Origin: a virus
Lineage: Duplodnaviria; Caudoviricetes
IMG/VR virus record: IMGVR_UViG_3300032303_002406
Coordinates: 1 to 53,363 of that record
DNA length: 53,363 nt
Direction: 5' to 3' (one strand)
How positions within the stretch are numbered: position 1 is the first letter of the stretch; each line of letters starts with the position of its first letter. Position numbers and translations under genes: made by a program. Under the pieces are notes generated by a model. That model searched no databases and was not told the DNA's origin. It was given only the letters and a program-made list of their open reading frames with translations. This document shows positions 38,349 through 47,750 of the stretch, one piece after another.

Positions 38349-39722
38349 CTATGCAGCAGGGCTTCCATAGTAGCTAGGTCCAATTACATATGGAAATACT
38401 GGACCACCATCAGAATCTATTGTAGTAAAGTATGCGTATGTTCCAGAAGGATAATCTGGAGTGTAGCAATATCTTCCATTATATTGATCTAAATCACTAA
38501 GTGCGGCAGTATTAAGTGTAATACTTCCATACTGTGTTCCATGATTTGCACAGACATAGTAATAGTTACCTGGTGCAGCTCCTTCAGTGTTCCACACTAA
38601 AGCTCCTGATTCAGTTCCTTGTCCTGTTATATATCCAGTATTGACTTGATCTGCAGTTCCTTGAGTGGCTCTTGTTTTTAAATAAATTGCATGACCTGAA
38701 GAATTTACGTTAAAAGTAATAGTTGAGCCAAGAGTAGAGCTTACTGGAGGATTAGTTCCTAAATTTTCTGTGTAATCTACTCCACCTGTTTTCCACACTC
38801 TTGATAAAAATAGTGAAGTAAATGTGTCTGCCGTAAGATTATATGTTTGTTTTAAACTTTCTGTACCTGTATAAGCATAATCTTGAGTAAATAATCCCAT
38901 AGGGTAAGTTACAAGGTTTGCAGCAGCGCCAGTTCTTGTATTAGATTTTTTTAATCCATAACCGCTTATCATTCTTTTTATACCGCTTAATGCATTAGTA
39001 GGATTTGCGTATCCATAAGGTCCATAAACTGGATACCCATCTTTAGATATTCCAAGAATTTTACTATGCCCATCTGCATGAAAAAGACCACTTTGTAAAT
39101 ATGGGATCAATGAAGACTCTGCTAGTCCTGTAGATCCAACTGTTAGTCCGGGAGTATTTCCTACTCCAGAAATCCATGATTTAAAAAAAGATCCATCATG
39201 GTAGTGATATTGATTTGGAGGAGCAGCATGGCCTCCAGCTATATCTTCTCCAAACGAGTATCCGTAATCTTCTCCGTTTTCAAAAGAAGCATTATAATTC
39301 CATGAAGCGCCTGGAGAAGTATATCCAGAAGGGGTTCCACTAGCAGCGCTATAGTTAAACATAGCAACTCCGTTTAACCATAATCCAATTAATCCGTTAC
39401 CTACAGCTACTTTTGGTGTTGCAGCTACGTTAGTCCCACCTCGCCAAGTCCAAGTCCCGATGAGATTAGTTGCTGCTGGAGTATTAGCTGCAGATGGATT
39501 TCCATATGAGTGATAGGGAAGTCCTGTTACTGAATAAGAAAGACTGACACCACTTAATGAATAAATATTTGCTATATCTACTGTTCTAGTAGTAGTTCCA
39601 CCTAGTTGAGATCTGGTTGCAGAAGAGGTAATATTTGTAAAAGAAAATGGAAAATTTCCAAAGATTCTTTTACTTGCTGTATTAGCAAGACTACGCCCAG
39701 CGGTTGATCCGATTCTAGGCAT
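38349..39722 (-). CDS. YHYH-domain protein with inserted cupredoxin-like module
   Basis: G.WLNGV..F, GH......YHYH, HS.ILG...DGYPVYGPYG, DLD..NGR...TPDYP.GTYAYF and FPY.IG; insert carries GH...YYVC..H. Confidence 0.85.
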   Translation of the reverse strand: MPRIGSTAGRSLANTASKRIFGNFPFSFTNITSSATRSQLGGTTTRTVDIANIYSLSGVSLSYSVTGLPYHSYGNPSAANTPAATNLIGTWTWRGGTNVAATPKVAVGNGLIGLWLNGVAMFNYSAASGTPSGYTSPGASWNYNASFENGEDYGYSFGEDIAGGHAAPPNQYHYHDGSFFKSWISGVGNTPGLTVGSTGLAESSLIPYLQSGLFHADGHSKILGISKDGYPVYGPYGYANPTNALSGIKRMISGYGLKKSNTRTGAAANLVTYPMGLFTQDYAYTGTESLKQTYNLTADTFTSLFLSRVWKTGGVDYTENLGTNPPVSSTLGSTITFNVNSSGHAIYLKTRATQGTADQVNTGYITGQGTESGALVWNTEGAAPGNYYYVCANHGTQYGSITLNTAALSDLDQYNGRYCYTPDYPSGTYAYFTTIDSDGGPVFPYVIGPSYYGSPAA

Positions 39723-39725
39723 AGT

Positions 39726-41891
39726 TTAACCGTATGAGCTTAGGCTGCCAAGAACTGTCCATGCAGCACCTGTACGAATAAGAGTAAAGCTAATAATATC
39801 TTTCTTATTAGCATTTCCTGACGGTGCCGAAGTTCCTAGCCAGTTAATTGTTTGAGAAACTCCTGCAATCTGAACTGCAGAAGGAATATACGCAGTAGCT
39901 CCCTGAGATAGAACTAATGTAACAACTAAAGCTCTATTGTCTGTAGTAGGTACGTTTGTAAAGTTTGCAGTAAAACCAGCAGCAATAGAAGAATGATAAA
40001 AAATTCCACCTGAAGAAAAGTCATGCACAACTACACCCGTAGCTCCAGTTTTTGTAGTTAAAACTTCAGAAGCTTGCTGAGATGTAAATAAACCTTGAAC
40101 AGTGAGATCAGAACTAAATGTAGAAGCACTTGCAATAGTTCCACCAGTCCACGCTGGCCCTGTCGGACCTGTAACGCTTGGTCCTGTGGCTCCTGTCGGT
40201 CCTGTAACGGTACTTGCCGCACCAGTTGCGCCAGTAGGTCCTGTAACGCTTGGTCCAGTAGCACCAGTAGGGCCAGTAGGTCCTCCGCTAGGTCCTGTAG
40301 GTCCAGTACTACCTGTTGGTCCTGTTGGTCCTCCGCTAGGCCCAGTAGGTCCTGTAGGCCCAAGGTTAGAAACAGAAATAGATCCAGCCATTGAAGGATG
40401 GAATTGACATACATAATAAAGTTGAGGTGCATCGTAAGGAACATCAAAAATAATAGTTCCGCTTTGTGCTCCACCATTTGTTACACCAGTGCTATAAATA
40501 TTTCCTGCGCTATATGCACCTGCAACTGTTTGAATCCAAAAAGGATGTCCAGTGGCATTTACGTTAATTACATATCTGTGACCACGAATAAAAGATAAAG
40601 TTGGATTACTTGCACCATTTATAGTATAAGAACCAGTGCCAGCGTTAGTTACGGTTAATGTAATTCCACCGCTAGACCCCGTTGGTCCAGTAGCACCAGT
40701 AGCACCAGCAGCACCAGTCGGCCCCCCACTTGGTCCTGTAGCACCCGTAGGACCAGTCGATCCTTGTGCACCAGTAGGTCCTCCGCTAGGACCAGTAGGT
40801 CCTACGTTTCCATCAATAGTAAATGTCCATGCAGTAAATGTTCCACTGCCACCAAATGTATCAACTGTAACAATTACGTTTGGTGATGTAGAAGTTATAA
40901 CACCAGCCATATAGTTTCCTGGAACACCCGTATTAGTAATACGAACACGAGTTCCTACAGAATATGCTCCAACACTAGAAACTGTAAATGTTTTTGTTCC
41001 AGCTCCAATTACTACTGATGAAACAGAAGTAACTCCACTATAACCAGCTCCTGTCGGTCCTTGAGCTCCTACTGCACCAGTCGCACCCGTTGAACCTGTT
41101 GCACCAGTAGGTCCCGCTGGGCCTACTGCTCCAGTTGGTCCACCGCTAGGACCAGTCGGTCCAGTTGCTCCAGCTGGCCCAGTTGGACCTCCACTTGGTC
41201 CAGTTGGACCAGTAGGTCCTGTTGAACCGTTTGTTCCATTAGCACCAGCTGGTCCAGTCGGCCCAGTAACAATGGGTGCTGCTGCCCCAGTGGGACCAGT
41301 TGGTCCACCTGATGGACCAGTAGCTCCTGTAGGTCCAGTTGGACCAGTAACACCTGTACCAGTACCAGTTGTACCAGTTCCAACACTTTCCCAAGCAGCA
41401 GCTGTTTTTACTTCTAGCTTAGATGTTTCTGTATTAAATCTTACATATCCTACTTCTGCAGTAGATCTTCTTTCAGCAGTAGTTCCTTTGTCAAGGTAAA
41501 TAGTGTTATATAAACCTCTAATTTCTTTATTTGTAAAACTTTGAGCAAGGTTTTCTGGTTGAGCAGCATCTTCTTGTGGAACACCATTACATGAAAATGA
41601 GGTGTTATCAGTAGTAGATCTAACATAAAGAGTATCACCAGGATTTGCAGCAAATCTAAATGTTTCAAAAGAGCTACCTACTGGAAGAATTACGTTAAAT
41701 GCAATATAAGCATACTGAGCAGTAATTGTTGCTCCAGAAGGAACAATCCAAATACTAATCTTTGTAACTGGTGTAGCTACAACAGATTTATTAGCTGCTG
41801 TTACTGATATTAAGTATGCATCAACAAAGGTAGAGAGGATAGACTCCTGCTGAGCATTAGGATTAACAATTCCAAGTCTTGTGATTGGCAT
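39726..41891 (-). CDS. Collagen-like fibre protein with cupredoxin-like domain
   Basis: Several GPT tracts; NPTL...RG..Y.....GHPFWIQ...[13 protein letters not shown]; C-terminal beta domain (W.G..AP.G.A.K.DII.F). Confidence 0.85.
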   Translation of the reverse strand: MPITRLGIVNPNAQQESILSTFVDAYLISVTAANKSVVATPVTKISIWIVPSGATITAQYAYIAFNVILPVGSSFETFRFAANPGDTLYVRSTTDNTSFSCNGVPQEDAAQPENLAQSFTNKEIRGLYNTIYLDKGTTAERRSTAEVGYVRFNTETSKLEVKTAAAWESVGTGTTGTGTGVTGPTGPTGATGPSGGPTGPTGAAAPIVTGPTGPAGANGTNGSTGPTGPTGPSGGPTGPAGATGPTGPSGGPTGAVGPAGPTGATGSTGATGAVGAQGPTGAGYSGVTSVSSVVIGAGTKTFTVSSVGAYSVGTRVRITNTGVPGNYMAGVITSTSPNVIVTVDTFGGSGTFTAWTFTIDGNVGPTGPSGGPTGAQGSTGPTGATGPSGGPTGAAGATGATGPTGSSGGITLTVTNAGTGSYTINGASNPTLSFIRGHRYVINVNATGHPFWIQTVAGAYSAGNIYSTGVTNGGAQSGTIIFDVPYDAPQLYYVCQFHPSMAGSISVSNLGPTGPTGPSGGPTGPTGSTGPTGPSGGPTGPTGATGPSVTGPTGATGAASTVTGPTGATGPSVTGPTGPAWTGGTIASASTFSSDLTVQGLFTSQQASEVLTTKTGATGVVVHDFSSGGIFYHSSIAAGFTANFTNVPTTDNRALVVTLVLSQGATAYIPSAVQIAGVSQTINWLGTSAPSGNANKKDIISFTLIRTGAAWTVLGSLSSYG

Positions 41892-41900
41892 TGCGCCTCC

Positions 41901-44900
41901 TTATGCCTGAGCTTCAGCCCATGAGATCTTAGCTGACGAAATTGTCGAAGTTCCTGTAAGCCGTGATACTGCTACAGTCATAATATCAGGTCCATCTGGG
42001 TAAATGCTATCTCCACCTAGAATAGAGTTTGAAAGCTCAAACAGGGTTGAGATATCTACAGTCGTTGTAGCTTCCTGACCTTGGTTACCAGCTGCACGGA
42101 AGTTATAGATCTGAACTCCACCAGATACGGTATCTGCAGAAGTATGTTGAACAATCTGAGTAAGTGAAGGAGAATCTACTCCTTGGAAGTTAAGGTTGTT
42201 AAGACGAGCGTTCAAAAGAAGCTTAACATCAACCAACTGTGTTGTAGAGACGCCAACTTCTTTCATACGAAGTTGCATTCGATTAATAATATCTCGATCT
42301 CCAAGTTTACCTGTCAAACCAGAAGATACTGATGGTGAAAGTCTGATAGAAAGTAGAGGCTGATAGTTAGGTCCAGATGTATTATTAAGTGCACCATTTG
42401 GATATAGGAAATATGTGTACTGATTATTTCCAATAGTAGTAATATCTAGAGCTTGCCATACCTTTGCTGTTGTTTGAGGCGTAGAAGTTACAGAGGCTGT
42501 TACTGTTACAGGTACTGTAAATGTTGTTCCATTTGTAACTGAACATGCTCCATAAGCACTAGTAAATCCAAATCCTGTAAGCCCAGTAACTTTGACTAAA
42601 TCTCCACTAGTAAGGTTATGTGCTGCTGAAGTAACCACAGTAAGGGTTGTAGTTGCTTGAGATGCTGAAGATACAGCTACACCAGTAACAGATCCAACAC
42701 CTATTTCTGGGCCAAATAATGCAATTGTATTGGTTGTTGGAGCATAGCAGGTATAAATACTTGAATTAGTAAGATTTGCTTGAGTATTGTAAGCACTTCT
42801 TCCAGTTCCAGTAGTATCTAATGCTTGGTTCTGAAGATTAGATCCACGGTTACCTGTAGTTGCAATACTTACATACTGAAGAAGATCTCCAGTATTAAAT
42901 CCATGAGAAGAAATTGTTAGTAAGTTTGTAGTTGTATTTACAGCAGATGCAGAGAATGTTTTAGCTGTTGTTCCTGGAATAGGAAGAGCTTGGCTAGAAC
43001 CTGTAAAGAGGTAGGCATTATCATCATCAAAACGTCCGTCCATCATCACTGAGGTACCCCAGTGGAAGAGGAATGGAATATATGTTGGGTTGCTATAGGT
43101 AACTACTTCATAACGTGCTGGTAAGTTACCTGAGCGGAAATATGACTCAAACATATGGTTGTTGTGGACATACTCATGGACATACTGAACTTGTCCTTCT
43201 GTAGTCTTGAAACCAAAACGAATCTTACCTGCACCGTACCAAGAATAGTCAATGTAAGCCATCTGAATGCGGCTAAGATCTAAGTTATATCCTGTAACTC
43301 CAGAACCATCGCAAACATCAATATTCCAAGACTCTTGAGGAATCTTGGTATCTACAGTCTTAGTTACAATAATACCTGACTTAGCTGGGGTAAATGAGTG
43401 TGCAGTAGTTGTACCTGTACTTGAAAGATCTACGTTACCTGATGATGTTGGAGAAGCTTTTAGTTTAAATGTATTATTTGTTAAAAGATCTACATAATAT
43501 GTACGACCATTTACAAGACCGCCAATAGGCTCACCATCAATAGAGTTATATGTTACAGGAATTAAATTACTAAAACCGTGTCCATAGATAGTAATTACAT
43601 CTGTAGATATACTAACTGCTGTTTGAGGGTTAAACTCTTTTTCAATTCCTGAAGAACCCTTATATTCTGGGCGAACAGCCATACGAGTATTACTTGTAAT
43701 TTCTGTTACTCGATAGCTTTGTCCACGCATAACAACATAATCACCTACTACTAGCTGAGCGGCAAAAGATGTTCCAGTTCCAAAAATAAGTTCCGATCCT
43801 TGCAGCGCAGAAGCTGTTCCAGCAATTTGCTGAGTTGAACTACGACGACATGCATAAATTTTATTTCCATCAAACTCATAGAACATACCGTTTTGAAAAT
43901 CAAACATGCCTGAACGAACTGCACCATTTGACCACTCACGAACAAAGAATTGAGGGAATCCATAAGCTCTATCTTCTGTAATAGGAACTCCTGGACTAAA
44001 TCTAAATGTAACTAAATCTACAACGGTGACTTGAAATACACCGTTATATACTAAACTTTGATTACCATATGAGTCTTGTGCTTCACTGATTTTAATAAAT
44101 AAACCAGAAACAAGGCCGTGTGGACGTCTAGTTTTTGCTTCAACTGTTGTAGTAGTAAATTTAGTTAAAATTTCAATGTCAATAGATGGTTTGAAGTTGA
44201 TACCACAAGAAGTCTGAATACCTTTACCTGACTGATAGCGGAAGTACTTACGAGTCTGACGAACAATTTGACCCCAAGAAGTTCCAGAACCAACAGACAT
44301 TTCAACACCACCGTCAAATGGACGGTGCAATGAGTAGCCTTGTGGTCGTACATATACGAATGTTGGATATGAGTATGAAACTGAGGTATATGTATTTGCA
44401 TAAGGACGATCAATAGTGATCTGAGTATCGCTACCAATGGCTGTAATACGACGAATAATTGGAGAGGTAGGTACTGTATTTACTAAGGTAAATGCTGAAC
44501 CTGTACCTGTTGTTGTAAAGTCTAATGGGTTTGTATTTGTAGTTGCATTCGATGCAGAGTTATGAAGTGTAATTTCAGTACTTGAAACTGCACGAACAAA
44601 ATAGTAGTATCCATCAACTGCTGGAGCTGGTGGAACTCCACCACCTGCAGAAAACTTAACAGTATCTCCTGTGGCAAATGTATGAGCTTTTGTAATACGA
44701 TTAGTTGTTGTATTTACATCTCCTGCAGCAAATGTAATAGATTTAGTTGTATTAGGCGGAAATAGTCTAAATCTATCTCCTACTTTAAGAATTTTAGAAA
44801 ATGATGTACCTACGCCAGTTACGATTGTAGATCCAGAATTGGCAGTTACAGAGCCAGATCCAGTCACGTTACCGTTAATTTGAGATGTTGTAAATGTATG

Positions 44901-47708
44901 TGCAACACCAGAGCCAAAGTCATCAACGTTAACTACAATACCAGCTGCAGCATTAGCAGCTGATGTAGATAGACGGATATAGTCTCTATTCTTAGCTACA
45001 ACATAATAATCTGTAGCTGTTGTAAGACCAGTGACTGCAGTACCAGATCCAGCTGAATAAGTAATCTTTGTTCCAGTCAAGAATCCGTGTGAAGGAATTA
45101 AGAATTGATTAGCAACAAGGTCAATAGATGCTCTAGGGTTAAATGTTTTAATAATTGCTGAAACAGTACCTTTAGCAGTAACTGTAAACTGAGTTGATGA
45201 TGGGATAGTATCAATTGTATAGATACCATCTGGAGTCTTACTTAATGATGTTAATGTATGACGCCCAACTCCAGCAGGTGAAACTGTTAAATCTACTGCG
45301 GTTCCAGCTAAAGCATTATCTACGTTAGTTGCAAGCTTAAATTTATTTCCATCAATAAAAATTACATAATATGGTGTTGCAGTTGTAAGACCAGTAACTG
45401 CGGTTTGACCTTTTGTTTCATACTGAACAAGTTCGCCTTGTAAGAAACCGTGGTTAGGAATTGTAATAATATCATTTGCAAAATCAATTGCATTGATTGT
45501 AAGGGATTGTGTACCAGAACCTGCGCCAGTAATATTTGCAATAGTTGTTAAAGCTTGATCTGTTGCTAGTTGAATAATGCTATCATCAACTTTTTTAATA
45601 TAGTAAAATCCATTATTTGTAAGTCCTGGTACGGTTGTAAATCCACCATTTTGATATTGAACATACATACCATTAATTAATCCATGGTTAGGAATATAAA
45701 GAGTATCTTCTAGTATATTAACTGTTAAGAAGATAAAGCTATGGCTTGTTCCAGTTCCTACAGATGTAAAGTCAATGTATCCTGGAGAAGTAAGAGATGT
45801 TTTTAATCTAATTTGGTTAGCATTTACCACAGTATGTACATAGTAGGTAACTTGATCGATAAGTGGAGAAATGCGAGTTCCTCCACCAACATCATACTTA
45901 AGAGGTTGATTTACTAAGAAACCGTGGTTAGGAATTGTTAGTGTATCTGTAGAAAGGTTGACAACAACACGATTAACTGAGGATGAGGTTGAAGTTTCTC
46001 TTGAAGATGGAAGTGTCAAGTTAATAGGAGATGTAAATACTGTAGTTGTTGATAATTGATATGTAAAGTCATTTATATACTTAACATAGTATGTGGATCC
46101 ATTAGACAATCCTGTAGGAGGGGTGCCGTTAAAGTTTAATGTGATAGCTTCACCATCACTTAAGTTGTGAGCAGATGCACTATGAATTTGATCGTTTTGT
46201 GCATCTAAATTAATTGGAACAAATGCATGATATGAATTACCAGCTGATGCAATAGCAATTTTATTCGTTCCAGCACTAGCATCTGCTGCTGTTGGATAGA
46301 CTTCGTTACCAGTTGTAAATGATGACACTAGTGTTACAGCTACTGAACCTTCACCTGTATTATATGCAGCTAAGTTTGTAATAGATACACCATTAAAACT
46401 TGAAGATAAATCGTAAAAACCATCAGAAGTTGCTACGTTAGTTGCATTAGCAAAAACATATGACCCGCCACCGCCACCAGTATGGTTTGCAGTTGTAGTA
46501 CGAGCACCGCCACCACCAGAGTAACCGCCGCCACCAGCACCTTGGTTAAATGCTTGACCGTCTGCTTGGCCACCACCACCAAAACCTCCGTAGCCACCCA
46601 CACGAGCGTTACTTCCAGCAGTAGTCATACCGTCTAGGAATGAACCACCACCAATTTCACCATTAGTACCGTTTGCTCCACGAGAATAGAATCCACCACC
46701 TGCAGCTGAATAACCACCTAAAGAACGACCACCGTAACCTGCAACACCACCTGCTGCAACACCACCTGTAGATACACCACCTAAACGTGTTGTTACACCA
46801 TTTTTACCTATAGTTGCATTAGATTCAGAAGAACCACCACCTGCTACAAATAAAGGCTCATTTCCTGTTTTACGAACAACAAATGATCCTCCGCCTCCAC
46901 CGCCGTATAAACCACCTGATACTGGAGCAGCTCCCTGCTGACCAACAATAATGGTAATAATTTCACCTTTAGTAAGTGTTGCACGACCTTTGATGCGTGC
47001 ACCAAGACCAGTACCACCAGCACCAGCTCCGTCATAGCCAGATGCAGCAGAAACAACGAACTCATAGATACCAGATACTGGAACTGTCCAGTCTTGATAT
47101 CCTTGATATGAACCTTGGTTTAAATATGTTGAAGTCCATGAGGTAGCGCCTGTATATGCAGCTCTTAATGCGGAAATAGAGGGTCCAGTAGCTCCAGTCA
47201 CTCCACCAGTTGTAAATGTATGAGTATTAGATGCAAGAGTATAAAGAGACTGAGATCCAGCAAATTCTGAAATAGATACGTTCTTAAGGAAGTATGTATT
47301 TCCACTAGTAAGTCCAGTCATTGGAGTACCTGTTGTATAGTACTTAACTGCTTGGTTTGTTGCAGTAGATGCGTCAATATTTAGTTTATTTCCGTAAACA
47401 ATAGGGTTATTAAACTTAATAGATCCACCAACAGACCCTGTTAAATCTACTGCTGTTCCACCAGCTGAAGCACTAAACTTAAGCTGTCTAGGATTTGTAG
47501 TAGTTACATAAAGAAGTGCTCCAGAGCTAACACCTGTAAGAGATCCCGCACCTGGTGTATAAATAAATGTAGTTCCATAAGTAAGAGCAGTAGGGATTAC
47601 ATCTGGAGCAGAGTTTTTATAAAAAATATAATCTTCATCTGTATTTACATTTACCTTAGCTAATGTGTGTGTTCCAGTAGCACCAGCGGCAATAATATTA
47701 ATAGGCAC
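41901..47708 (-). CDS. Giant (1935 aa) virion-associated repeat protein with ALK/LTK-like glycine-rich domain
   Basis: Many I..HGF..G..V.Y...GL....YYV repeats; Q.WTVP..G.Y plus GGGGGSFV Gly-rich domain; C-terminal RQTRKYFRYQSGKG / IDYSWYGAGKIRFGF region. Confidence 0.75.
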   Translation of the reverse strand: MPINIIAAGATGTHTLAKVNVNTDEDYIFYKNSAPDVIPTALTYGTTFIYTPGAGSLTGVSSGALLYVTTTNPRQLKFSASAGGTAVDLTGSVGGSIKFNNPIVYGNKLNIDASTATNQAVKYYTTGTPMTGLTSGNTYFLKNVSISEFAGSQSLYTLASNTHTFTTGGVTGATGPSISALRAAYTGATSWTSTYLNQGSYQGYQDWTVPVSGIYEFVVSAASGYDGAGAGGTGLGARIKGRATLTKGEIITIIVGQQGAAPVSGGLYGGGGGGSFVVRKTGNEPLFVAGGGSSESNATIGKNGVTTRLGGVSTGGVAAGGVAGYGGRSLGGYSAAGGGFYSRGANGTNGEIGGGSFLDGMTTAGSNARVGGYGGFGGGGQADGQAFNQGAGGGGYSGGGGARTTTANHTGGGGGSYVFANATNVATSDGFYDLSSSFNGVSITNLAAYNTGEGSVAVTLVSSFTTGNEVYPTAADASAGTNKIAIASAGNSYHAFVPINLDAQNDQIHSASAHNLSDGEAITLNFNGTPPTGLSNGSTYYVKYINDFTYQLSTTTVFTSPINLTLPSSRETSTSSSVNRVVVNLSTDTLTIPNHGFLVNQPLKYDVGGGTRISPLIDQVTYYVHTVVNANQIRLKTSLTSPGYIDFTSVGTGTSHSFIFLTVNILEDTLYIPNHGLINGMYVQYQNGGFTTVPGLTNNGFYYIKKVDDSIIQLATDQALTTIANITGAGSGTQSLTINAIDFANDIITIPNHGFLQGELVQYETKGQTAVTGLTTATPYYVIFIDGNKFKLATNVDNALAGTAVDLTVSPAGVGRHTLTSLSKTPDGIYTIDTIPSSTQFTVTAKGTVSAIIKTFNPRASIDLVANQFLIPSHGFLTGTKITYSAGSGTAVTGLTTATDYYVVAKNRDYIRLSTSAANAAAGIVVNVDDFGSGVAHTFTTSQINGNVTGSGSVTANSGSTIVTGVGTSFSKILKVGDRFRLFPPNTTKSITFAAGDVNTTTNRITKAHTFATGDTVKFSAGGGVPPAPAVDGYYYFVRAVSSTEITLHNSASNATTNTNPLDFTTTGTGSAFTLVNTVPTSPIIRRITAIGSDTQITIDRPYANTYTSVSYSYPTFVYVRPQGYSLHRPFDGGVEMSVGSGTSWGQIVRQTRKYFRYQSGKGIQTSCGINFKPSIDIEILTKFTTTTVEAKTRRPHGLVSGLFIKISEAQDSYGNQSLVYNGVFQVTVVDLVTFRFSPGVPITEDRAYGFPQFFVREWSNGAVRSGMFDFQNGMFYEFDGNKIYACRRSSTQQIAGTASALQGSELIFGTGTSFAAQLVVGDYVVMRGQSYRVTEITSNTRMAVRPEYKGSSGIEKEFNPQTAVSISTDVITIYGHGFSNLIPVTYNSIDGEPIGGLVNGRTYYVDLLTNNTFKLKASPTSSGNVDLSSTGTTTAHSFTPAKSGIIVTKTVDTKIPQESWNIDVCDGSGVTGYNLDLSRIQMAYIDYSWYGAGKIRFGFKTTEGQVQYVHEYVHNNHMFESYFRSGNLPARYEVVTYSNPTYIPFLFHWGTSVMMDGRFDDDNAYLFTGSSQALPIPGTTAKTFSASAVNTTTNLLTISSHGFNTGDLLQYVSIATTGNRGSNLQNQALDTTGTGRSAYNTQANLTNSSIYTCYAPTTNTIALFGPEIGVGSVTGVAVSSASQATTTLTVVTSAAHNLTSGDLVKVTGLTGFGFTSAYGACSVTNGTTFTVPVTVTASVTSTPQTTAKVWQALDITTIGNNQYTYFLYPNGALNNTSGPNYQPLLSIRLSPSVSSGLTGKLGDRDIINRMQLRMKEVGVSTTQLVDVKLLLNARLNNLNFQGVDSPSLTQIVQHTSADTVSGGVQIYNFRAAGNQGQEATTTVDISTLFELSNSILGGDSIYPDGPDIMTVAVSRLTGTSTISSAKISWAEAQA

Positions 47709-47750
47709 TAGCTTCTCCTCATCATAACTAAGTTAATATTTTTCATAAAT

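Noticed and set aside
40140-41360. Short DNA repeats (ggtcctccgctagg, ggaccagtagg) as a CRISPR array or DGR repeat
   Set aside because: They are the coding consequence of [10 protein letters not shown] collagen triplets; there are no unique spacers, no reverse transcriptase and no adenine-specific TR/VR pair.
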